Source: Candidatus Latescibacterota bacterium
GTDB taxonomy: Bacteria; Latescibacterota; UBA2968; UBA8231
Assembly: GCA_965203175.1 (NCBI GenBank)
Contig: OZ241867.1
Location: 4,160,001 to 4,224,000, forward strand
Direction: 5' to 3'
Length of the DNA: 64,000 nucleotides
Shown: positions 9,959 through 18,440 of the stretch, piece by piece
Layout: each line of letters starts with the position of its first letter
How positions within the stretch are numbered: the stretch's first letter is position 1
The notes under the pieces: generated by a model
What the model was told of the DNA's origin: nothing
Database searches by the model: none
The model's input: the letters and a program-made list of their open reading frames with translations, nothing else
Position numbers and translations under genes: made by a program

Positions 9959-11545
9959 TTATTCCTCGGTCGTGATGTCCCTCGGCTTTGCTAGGTCTCG
10001 GGCGAGGCTTTCACAGAGGCTGATCGCAGACAGGCAAAACGTAGCTGCGATTGGCACGGACACGATACTCCCCTCTCTGTGCTGTCCGAAGTTACCGACC
10101 GAGTGGAGGTGGTCCACGAGTAAGCACGTTTGCTTCGTTACAAATCTTGAGACGGGGTCGTGGTCCTCTGTCCCTGTGATGAGACGCAGTATGCCGCACT
10201 GCGGCCCGCGTTTCCTAGGGAGCCGATCCCCTTCATCGAACTTTACCCCCACGAACTTCCAGTTATGTGGCATAGACCTGTTTGCTGGGAGTTCGGCTTC
10301 CCAGATTAGATCCAGCGCACGTTCAGCGATGCTTCGGGCCCAGTTTACAGATTGGGTTGGCTCGGGGAGCAGGTCCCGGATTGCCTTCTCAATATCCCCG
10401 AGAAGCCTTGAATCCGCCCCGGTGATCTGAGCGAGACGGAGTTCGAGGAGGCTTTGAATGTTGCTCTCGAAGCGCTCCGCATCGTCGAATAGCCGCCGCA
10501 GGTTCTCCACCTCGCCCGCTTGCTGCTGCGCATACTGGTCCATCAAGCGACATGACGACCGGAGCTTGTTGCCGGACGGACAGGCAAATCCTTGTAGTTC
10601 GAGATCGCGCCTCCGCTGGTCCGGCACTTCGGAGAGTGGCACCTCGCCGTTGGCGAGTTCGGCCAGATTGGACCGAAGTTCGATAGGGCAGTTATCCCAT
10701 AGGGCTGCGAGCAAATCGCGTTTTTCTTTGGCCGTCTCCTTTGCGATCGCGTCCACGTGCGATTTGGAGAGCGATGTGCCTTGGGGTGCTCCGACGAGGA
10801 GCCGCTCTGCCAGACTAGCTGCCAGAATCGGAACGCCGCCGGTCCAATTGGCAATCTCCTTGAGAGCAGAACTATCTAACGTGACGTCATGCAGTTTGAA
10901 GGGATTGAGGAAACCGCTCCAGTCATGGTCCTTGAAGCAACCGACCTCCAACGGGGAGTCGTAGAAAATCTCCCAGAAGTCTGATGTCCGAGACTCCTCG
11001 GTCTTGCAAATCTCCCGGAGTCTTCGTCGGCTTCCAGTCACAAGGCGGAGGCTGGCCTTCTGGCCGAGGTCGCGCATTTCGTCCCAAAGGTTTCTTGTTA
11101 TGCCGCTTCCGGCGAGAACGTGGTCGAACCCGTCGAGTACTGCGAGGAGGCGAAGCCCCTTGTGCTCCATATCGTCGAAGACGAGCTGAAGAAGATCGCG
11201 TAGCCCTTCCTCTTCGAGCTCCAAATACTCGGCAAGCTCAGGCTGCACCGACTGGAGGGTATCTTTGATTCGTTCCGCGAAACGCTGGCGGAACTCTTCA
11301 TCCGTCATGGGAGTGCCATGTCGGAAATCCCAGTACAAGGAGGTAACGTAATGATCTCCTGCGTCCTTAAAGTGAGAAGCAAGGTGGTTCAGGAGCACCG
11401 ACTTTCCGAACAACGGAGGACCTACGACGCACATGTGATCCGGCGTTGGCTTAGTCAGGTGGCGACATAGCTCTACAAAAAGCCGCTCGCGGCCGAGCAT
11501 CGGCGGGATTCCTACACCGAGGACTTGGTAGGGATTGTCGCTCAT
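9959..11545 (-). CDS. P-loop ATPase (STAND/AAA-like) with putative HEPN/DUF4145-like C-terminal domain
   Basis: NPY..LG..PMLGRE, Walker A GPPLFGKS, Walker B variant LLAVLDGFD, TGGVP; C-terminal ARSIAERAL...HLHSVGNFGQH; ATGA overlap with upstream gene. Confidence 0.7.
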   Translation of the reverse strand: MSDNPYQVLGVGIPPMLGRERLFVELCRHLTKPTPDHMCVVGPPLFGKSVLLNHLASHFKDAGDHYVTSLYWDFRHGTPMTDEEFRQRFAERIKDTLQSVQPELAEYLELEEEGLRDLLQLVFDDMEHKGLRLLAVLDGFDHVLAGSGITRNLWDEMRDLGQKASLRLVTGSRRRLREICKTEESRTSDFWEIFYDSPLEVGCFKDHDWSGFLNPFKLHDVTLDSSALKEIANWTGGVPILAASLAERLLVGAPQGTSLSKSHVDAIAKETAKEKRDLLAALWDNCPIELRSNLAELANGEVPLSEVPDQRRRDLELQGFACPSGNKLRSSCRLMDQYAQQQAGEVENLRRLFDDAERFESNIQSLLELRLAQITGADSRLLGDIEKAIRDLLPEPTQSVNWARSIAERALDLIWEAELPANRSMPHNWKFVGVKFDEGDRLPRKRGPQCGILRLITGTEDHDPVSRFVTKQTCLLVDHLHSVGNFGQHREGSIVSVPIAATFCLSAISLCESLARDLAKPRDITTEE

Positions 11546-14500
11546 TGTTCATCCCCCAGTGTCGTGGAGTTGTAATTATTTCTATGGCTAGCTCCATAGC
11601 CACTGCCGTCTCCCCGGCCCCGCCCATCGCCGAGCCCGTACCCGTACCCACTGCCGTCTCCCTGCCCCCGGCCGTCGTACCCACCACTTATCTCTTCACT
11701 TTCGCGGACAGCTTGTTGGCGCTGATCCTCGAAGTCGATGTTGCGTCGTATCCAAGCGGCCATCAGAGGAACTGCGAGCATATATGCTGAGCCTCGTGCT
11801 GTCTCTTGGAGTTCAAGGAGTTCGAGCTCACGGAGAAACTCTAGATCGTCTCCTAAGCGGTCTTCTTGAGGGAGAGCAATGCCGTACTCCTCGAGCTTCG
11901 TCTCCAGCAAACTCAGTGTGATGGGATCCGGCTCTCCCTCTAGCTGCTGGCACAATGCTAGGATAAAACGTCTACGCTCTGTTTCAGCGTAACCCCACAG
12001 CGTGCGGAAGTGTTCGTTATCCTTCACCATCTCTTGAGCTGTCGTGTTTACCGTCCCTACCGTCACTGTTCGCTCACCCGAACGAGCGGCGTGATCGAAA
12101 ATCCGGTTGCACAAGGACTGGATCAGGAAGGGTTGTTGTGAACACAGTTCGACTACGCGATTCCTCGCCTCGGGCACGTACGTGAACCGCTCCATGACCG
12201 GCTGTGTCACGAGGAGGCGGGCATCCTCCAGTGGAAGTTCGCGTACGGAGACTGGGTGGCCGAACCCGAAGAGCGTTGACCAATACTCCTTCCGCAGTCG
12301 CGTGAGCCGATATGAGCCGGTGAGTATAGCTGACATGTCCGAGTAAGTGTGGAGCAGGTAGCGGATGTTCTCCGGGACCTGTGAGCTTGTGATCTTGGCG
12401 TCGATCCCTTCTTGGAGTTTGTCGAACTCATCGAGCATGAGTAGGAGGCGTCGCGGACTGGCAGCCTCTAGGACAGACTGTATATAAAGTTCGAAGATCT
12501 CGAAGGGTCGCGCTCCAGAGAACGCTGTTGAGAGAGCTTTCGCAAACGTGACCTTGAATGGCTTATCCGGGTCAGGGGAATTCATGTCTGGGAGCCACAC
12601 TCGAAGCCCTGCGTCATGTGTCGCCCAGCCGATGTCGCGCGCCATAAGTCTGAAGACCTCGTTGGTGGGCAAACCGGCCTTGCTTTCGTGGCCTTCGCCA
12701 CCTTGTAGGGAGCAGTACACGACAATCCAGCCCGGAAGCACGTTGGGAGCCTGCAGGCGCTTGAGAATTGAGGTCTTGCCTGTTCTGCGGTTGCCTTCTA
12801 GAAAGATGACGTTGGCTTGGTGGCTGGTAGAGAGCTGTCGCTGAATCGTGTCGATGATGTCTTGGCGTCCGAAGAACATCTCCTCACGATCAATTGGGCT
12901 TCCGACGATGTATGGGCTGGTGCCGAGCTCAGCGAGGTGGACGGCCTCTCGCGTGGAACGAATCTCTACCGCAAGTGGCAGTTCACCAGATACAGGCTGT
13001 CCGTCAAGGCGGTCGGCTTGCCATCGAAGCTCGAACTGGAATGGCCTGGTCTCTGTACGCGCTGGGATCTTCGCCGTAAAACTGAGCATCTCGTCCTCAG
13101 CGAGGTAGCCGATATGGGTCGAGCCGACCGGGGGTGATGTGGAGACCGAGACGTTGCGCAGCGCTAGAGGCGACAGGTTTTTCACGCGGATCTGGATTTC
13201 GTTCTCCGTCCCCGCTACGACCGCGCTCGGTTCAATACTCGGATCCAATTCGATGTCTTCTAGGAGGGAGTCCAACTCGGCCCGAACGAGCTGGGAAATC
13301 CTTCTGGTGACATCTATCGCAGAGGCGAATGCCGGCAGCAGCGTCTCTTTGACAGGAAGCCCCGAGTGGAATCCCACACCGGACTTCCATCCTGCCAAAT
13401 AGGAATCTCCTCGTCTTCTGATCGTCGAATAGACCTCCTTAAGGCGGTGCTGTGCGCTGTCGAGGAGCGCCATGCGCCCCGACCCGGGTGGTACGTGATT
13501 CAGGCCCTGTAGCATCTTCACGGCCTCCGCGAGATCCTTCAGCCACGAGGCGAATTGAGGGGAAGTGCGCGATTGAGCGACCTGATTTTGGAGTTCCCAG
13601 ACCGAATGAGCAACCCGTTCCAAAAGTGCCACGCGGCTGGCCGTCTGGTCCGATCTCCGCAACTCTTGCACATCGGGAGATCCCATCAACCATGAGACAA
13701 CCAACTCCTCGCTGTCGCCCGTCAGGATACGTACGAGGGCGGCAAAGGGATCGTCTCCCTCCTCATCCATCTGCTTTACAATATGCTCTTGGATCGGAAC
13801 TTGCGGCACCAAGACGGGAAGATGTCGTAGCGTTCGAATGGAGAGGTGCTGGATAGTTGCCCCACGTACGTGACCACGGATCCATTCTTGGTAGGCATCA
13901 GAGGCGAGGAGACTCTTCAAAAACTGTGAAGAGATCTGTTCCTTGGGGCGTATGACGACCAAGCTCTTGGCGGCCACTGAGTCCACGGTACCTGTCGGCT
14001 CGGACACGATCGCCAGTTTTCCGATGGTGCCAGAGATGGTGAGCAGGATATCGCCGGCACGTAGCCGGTGCTTCGGATGCACTCGTTCGCTACTTCCATT
14101 GGTCAGGAAGATGGATGGAGGTTGTATACCAGTGCGGTTCACATCCGCTACGCGTACGAGGCCAGCGAACACCGATGGATCGTCTCCGTGCGGCGTGGTT
14201 ACTGACTTCCTGTACGAAACACCGGTAAAAATCTCCGCTACCTTGTTGAGTGGCTGTATGGAGACTTCGACATCCGCCTCTTGCAGAGCTTGAAGAAAGC
14301 GAGACAGAGCTTCCTCACCTGTTCGCTTAGCAACCAACTCCCAGTCCCTAGTCTTGAGTTCCTTGACCGGGGTTTCCCAGAGGCTGCCGTTTGGTGTGCC
14401 GCTCCTGAATTCGTCAGCGATACTGCGCACCGCTTCGCCTGCCTTCTCACGGCTGAACCCGTCTTCTGGTCGGATAGAGGGCCACTCCTCTACCTGCATG

Positions 14501-15642
14501 AACCGAACGGCCTGTGCCGCTTTCTCTCGATGGAAGAGAACCAGACTCGTCTTGATCCCTGTGTACGGATGGAAAGCCCCAGCCGGCAGCGACACTACTC
14601 CCTCCACACAGTAGTCGGTGAGAAGTTCCTTGCGGACCTTCCGGTCGGGACCGGGCCGGAAGAGAGTACTATCCGGAAGGGCGATGACGGCGCGACCACC
14701 CCGACGAAGAGAAGCCATCACGTGCTGAAGAAATAGCGTCTCGGATTTAGCTTTCGATTCCTGAAACTGGGCTGCGACCTCCGGGCGTGCGCGCGCCCCC
14801 CAAGGAGGGACGGCCAGAATGCAGTCGAATCCCTCTGAGGACCGATTTTTGGCCAAGGGGCGTTCTAAGGCGTCACCGAGTTCGAGTCTGGGTTGTTCAA
14901 TGCCTGCCAGGACGACTCTCGCAAGCCCGATGCTGTACCCGTACGGGCTGATCTCTACCCCGAACACGCTGTGTTGTTGGACTTCTGTCCAGACTTTTGG
15001 GGGCATCTGCATTGCTTTCTCGCGGAGTTTGCTCGCTACCGTGGAGAGCAGACCCCCGGTGCCGAAGCAGGGGTCGTAGATGCGTTCGCCTGGACTAGGA
15101 TCGAGAAGATCAGTCATCAGCTCGACCACAGGTCGGGGGGTTGTGTGCTCTCTTAGGGTTTTGGCCTTCGCAGTGGTTTTTTCCACTAGGGCTCCAAGGG
15201 CATCCCCGGCCACCTGCCTACCAGTGACAGTCTCCAGATTAAAAGCTTGGGCCCACTGGACGAGCGCCTCGATCATCTCAGGAGATTCGTGGACGAGTAC
15301 CTCAACGACGGGTGCAAGCCGTTGCAAGAACAGGCCGAGGTTGGTATTGGGCGCATTGCGCAGCGCGGGCAATACCTCTCCCCGAAGGACGTCTACAAGC
15401 TCCGCACCGCGAAGATCGCACCATGAAGACCAATGCTGATCCCGAGATAGCACAGGCAGGTAGTCGTGACCGTCGAAGGCGGCTACGGCTTCCTGCTCGG
15501 TATCTAGGTGGTCAGCCCAACGAAGCAGGAATAGGGTGGCTGCAAAGGGAGCGATGACCTCCTCAAGCGGATGGTCGCTACGGACCTTGTCGAGGCGGGT
15601 CCATAGATCGGACATGTGAGATGTAAGTTCGGGATGCTTCAT
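11542..15642 (-). CDS. HsdM-like MTase + HsdS-like TRD + P-loop ATPase fusion with Gly-rich tail (1366 aa)
   Basis: DPCFGTGG (SAM binding), ILAVPPWG at motif IV, LRAGDILLTISGTIGK...RGATIQHLS (TRD), SPYIVGSPI..FFGR, EGNRRTGKTS, LLLMLDEFD, GDGSGYG tail. Confidence 0.85.
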   Translation of the reverse strand: MKHPELTSHMSDLWTRLDKVRSDHPLEEVIAPFAATLFLLRWADHLDTEQEAVAAFDGHDYLPVLSRDQHWSSWCDLRGAELVDVLRGEVLPALRNAPNTNLGLFLQRLAPVVEVLVHESPEMIEALVQWAQAFNLETVTGRQVAGDALGALVEKTTAKAKTLREHTTPRPVVELMTDLLDPSPGERIYDPCFGTGGLLSTVASKLREKAMQMPPKVWTEVQQHSVFGVEISPYGYSIGLARVVLAGIEQPRLELGDALERPLAKNRSSEGFDCILAVPPWGARARPEVAAQFQESKAKSETLFLQHVMASLRRGGRAVIALPDSTLFRPGPDRKVRKELLTDYCVEGVVSLPAGAFHPYTGIKTSLVLFHREKAAQAVRFMQVEEWPSIRPEDGFSREKAGEAVRSIADEFRSGTPNGSLWETPVKELKTRDWELVAKRTGEEALSRFLQALQEADVEVSIQPLNKVAEIFTGVSYRKSVTTPHGDDPSVFAGLVRVADVNRTGIQPPSIFLTNGSSERVHPKHRLRAGDILLTISGTIGKLAIVSEPTGTVDSVAAKSLVVIRPKEQISSQFLKSLLASDAYQEWIRGHVRGATIQHLSIRTLRHLPVLVPQVPIQEHIVKQMDEEGDDPFAALVRILTGDSEELVVSWLMGSPDVQELRRSDQTASRVALLERVAHSVWELQNQVAQSRTSPQFASWLKDLAEAVKMLQGLNHVPPGSGRMALLDSAQHRLKEVYSTIRRRGDSYLAGWKSGVGFHSGLPVKETLLPAFASAIDVTRRISQLVRAELDSLLEDIELDPSIEPSAVVAGTENEIQIRVKNLSPLALRNVSVSTSPPVGSTHIGYLAEDEMLSFTAKIPARTETRPFQFELRWQADRLDGQPVSGELPLAVEIRSTREAVHLAELGTSPYIVGSPIDREEMFFGRQDIIDTIQRQLSTSHQANVIFLEGNRRTGKTSILKRLQAPNVLPGWIVVYCSLQGGEGHESKAGLPTNEVFRLMARDIGWATHDAGLRVWLPDMNSPDPDKPFKVTFAKALSTAFSGARPFEIFELYIQSVLEAASPRRLLLMLDEFDKLQEGIDAKITSSQVPENIRYLLHTYSDMSAILTGSYRLTRLRKEYWSTLFGFGHPVSVRELPLEDARLLVTQPVMERFTYVPEARNRVVELCSQQPFLIQSLCNRIFDHAARSGERTVTVGTVNTTAQEMVKDNEHFRTLWGYAETERRRFILALCQQLEGEPDPITLSLLETKLEEYGIALPQEDRLGDDLEFLRELELLELQETARGSAYMLAVPLMAAWIRRNIDFEDQRQQAVRESEEISGGYDGRGQGDGSGYGYGLGDGRGRGDGSGYGASHRNNYNSTTLGDEQ

Positions 15643-15665
15643 GTGCCGACTGTCTCCATTGAGAT

Positions 15666-16904
15666 CTAGCGCTCACCTGCAAATGCCTTGCGAAGAACAG
15701 CTTGCATCAACGCGTTCGGGTCAGCAGCAGAGGTGTTCGCATCAATCTGGTTTCTAACCTTGCGAGTGGGGGTGAACCGCAATAGTCGGCAAAGCTCGTT
15801 GACTCGCTTAAGACGCTCTTGGATACGGCTAACGATTCGTCGCTGTTGCTCAAGAGGAGGCAGGGGAATTTTATGCTGTTCGACAAAGGTTGCTGGTACA
15901 CGTTGCTGACCAGCAGAGCCGCGAAAATGCCGACGGGCTTCCTCGCGGAAGGAGCGTTGTCGAACAAAATACCAGAGCCACTGCGGAAGGACCGCTGGAC
16001 CGGGGCGGAGTACGTGGAACTCCGTCGAGCCAAAGCCAAGGCCATTGACAAGGCTCTGAGCAATTGCCGACTTCCCGTTCTGCATGCAGGGCGTGATTTT
16101 TGCAAATATCACGTCTCCCTGCAGAAAGGGGGTGAAGCCCTTTCGAACGTCGCCAAGTGGTTTCACCTCTGGAGAGGCAATGGTACCGGTCTCTTCGTCC
16201 ACCGCAGCCATCGGAACAAACGTGACTTCTATATCTTCATCAAGCGACCGAAGACGACTGTCGCGTCGAGGATTTACTTGGGCTATATCACCTATAGGAA
16301 CGACAGGGATGTTGGCGTCTTGGGTGAGTTCCAGAATAGAATCCGAGAAGACTGCGCTCTCTAGTGCAGTTGCTTCCACCAGAGATCCCCGACGGAGCAT
16401 CTGAATTTCTCTCACACGTTCGAATGCCTCCTGAATCTGCCCAACGATTCGTCGTTGCTCGGATAAAGGCGGTACCGGAAGCTCTATGCGCTCCAGCTTC
16501 TTTTTTGTGATATGCCGAAGTCCGACACCTCCGTGAGCAAGTGAGATCATCTCGTCTAGTCGGGAGTTCATGGCATGAACAAAAAATTCCTTGAGCATCT
16601 TTGTCTTATCGACAAGAACCTTAAAAATATGCTGGTTTAGGATCGCTTGGCCTCGGTTCCACACAAAGCACCCGAACGATGTGCCAGGCGTGCCTGACCA
16701 AGAAAGAAGCACATCGCCATCTTCAACGAGGTATTTACTGCGGATTTCCCCGTCATAGTAGTTAAACGGCTTGGTTTCGTCGTTGAGATTCTGAATGCGA
16801 ACGATTGGGAGGCCATGTTGGGTCCAATCTGAGGGTTTGAATGCCCGGCCGTTGATTAGCTGACATAGCGACCCAATGGGCTCCGATTGCCAGTGTTGCT
16901 TCAT
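15666..16904 (-). CDS. hsdS: Type I RM specificity subunit
   Basis: Two TRDs, each followed by a conserved P(V/L)PPLxEQxRIV region; ends VLRKAFAGE. Confidence 0.92.
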   Translation of the reverse strand: MKQHWQSEPIGSLCQLINGRAFKPSDWTQHGLPIVRIQNLNDETKPFNYYDGEIRSKYLVEDGDVLLSWSGTPGTSFGCFVWNRGQAILNQHIFKVLVDKTKMLKEFFVHAMNSRLDEMISLAHGGVGLRHITKKKLERIELPVPPLSEQRRIVGQIQEAFERVREIQMLRRGSLVEATALESAVFSDSILELTQDANIPVVPIGDIAQVNPRRDSRLRSLDEDIEVTFVPMAAVDEETGTIASPEVKPLGDVRKGFTPFLQGDVIFAKITPCMQNGKSAIAQSLVNGLGFGSTEFHVLRPGPAVLPQWLWYFVRQRSFREEARRHFRGSAGQQRVPATFVEQHKIPLPPLEQQRRIVSRIQERLKRVNELCRLLRFTPTRKVRNQIDANTSAADPNALMQAVLRKAFAGER

Positions 16905-18436
16905 TCGGGAGCCTCCAGCAGTTCTTCCAGCTCTTCAAGAAGCTCAATGATTCGTTCCTCCTTTGTCTTAATAGACTGGACCAGATCCAGCGCGGGTTTG
17001 TGTTCAAAATCCTCTTCCTTGTTGGGATTCTGAGCGGAGAGGTCCCAGTCCCGCTCGGCGATCTCATCGATAGAGACCGTCCATGAGTTTTCTGCTTTCT
17101 CCCGCTTCTCCTACTTGGCGAGGAAGTCTGGGATCTGGCTTCCTTGGATCGGTCGTCTCGTCGCCTTGAGGTCGAAGCCATCGTTGGTGAGTTCGTAGTA
17201 CCAGACATCCTTGGTACCAAGGCTATCTTTGCGGCGATTGAAGAAGAGGACATTCGTCTTCACACCCGTATAAGGGAGGAAGCATCCGGCTGGCAGCGAG
17301 AGGATCGTATGGATATCGAACTCGCGGAGGAGTCGTTCACGGACTTTGACGTCAGGGCCACCTCGGAACAGGACTCCCTCGGGAATTATTACTGCGGCCC
17401 GTCCGCCCGTGGCCAAGTTTGTCATGATATGCTGTAGGAAAAGGATCTCGGTGGAGCCCGATTGGATCGTGAAATTGGTCTGGAGCTCCCGAGCCATCTT
17501 CCCACCGTAGGGTGGATTCGAGAGAATGACATCGTAGCGGTCATTCTCCGGGACGTTAGTGGAGTGCAGCTCTAGTGTGTTCCCAAGTTCTATATTCGCT
17601 TCCTCAATGCTATGCAGCAGCATATTCATCGTGCCGAGTAAGTAGGCCAGGGGCCTGAGTTCGATGCCGTAGAAGGTGTTTTGTTGGAGTTGGTCGAGAT
17701 GCGAGCCACTGAGGGTACCCTCCATATTCCGGATGTACTCAGCCGACTCGGCAAGGAAGCCAGCCGTGCCGAAACAGGGATCGTAGATGCGGTCTCCGAT
17801 CTTGGGACGAACCACGTCGATCATGGCTCGGATGATGTGGCGCTGCGTGTAGAATTCGCCAGCGTAGCCGGCAGAGTCGGCAGCCACATCCTTCAGTAGC
17901 CCCTCGTAGAGTTCCGAAAGCACGATAACATCGGTCGCATCGCCAAAGTGGAGACGATTGACTTGCTGAGTGACCCGAGCGAAGCTCGCGCCACGACGTG
18001 AATGGTTGCGAACCGTCGAGAAGATTCGGCGAAATCGCTCGGCGATTGGATCGTTCGCGAATTGCCGAGTATCCTCAGTTTCTCCGAAAGCTCTGAGGTG
18101 AGGCCAGAGTTTTCCATTGACGAATTCCAGCATCTGATCGGGTTGGTTGGACAGCGATGACCAACTCGACCAGCGATACTCGCCGTCGAGTCTTCGCCGA
18201 TAGGGCGAGCCGTCAAAGGCAGCCTCTTCTTCGCGGCGGCTTTCCATCTCGTCAAATGCCTTGAGGAAGAACAGCCAGGCGAGTTGCTCTACGTAGTCGC
18301 GTGGGTCCACACCGTCGTCTCGAAGCTGATCGCAGGCACTCTTGATAGCTTGTTGCACCTCTTGGCGACGATGCTCTGTTTCTCCGTTGGATGCCTGCTT
18401 ATTTCGTTCTTGGCCTTGCTTGTGGGCCATATGCAT
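16901..18436 (-). pseudogene. hsdM: Type I RM methyltransferase with in-frame TAG at 17111-17113 (truncated or interrupted)
   Basis: GEFYTQR, DPCFGTAG, NPPY; the frame continues past TAG as EKREKAENSWTVSIDEIAERDWDLSAQNPN...LEELEELLEAPE to a TGA overlapping the hsdS ATG. Confidence 0.8.
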
Positions 18437-18440
18437 TCTC

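Noticed and set aside
17111-17113. Genome-wide amber recoding or pyrrolysine as explanation for the hsdM TAG
   Set aside because: TAG is the natural terminator of many genes here, including hsdR (18441) and hsdS (15666), and no pyl or suppressor tRNA genes are visible.
16762-17253. 163-aa ORF bridging hsdM and hsdS as a frameshifted HsdM tail
   Set aside because: The HsdM-like tail is in the original hsdM frame beyond the TAG, and this ORF has no recognisable motifs.
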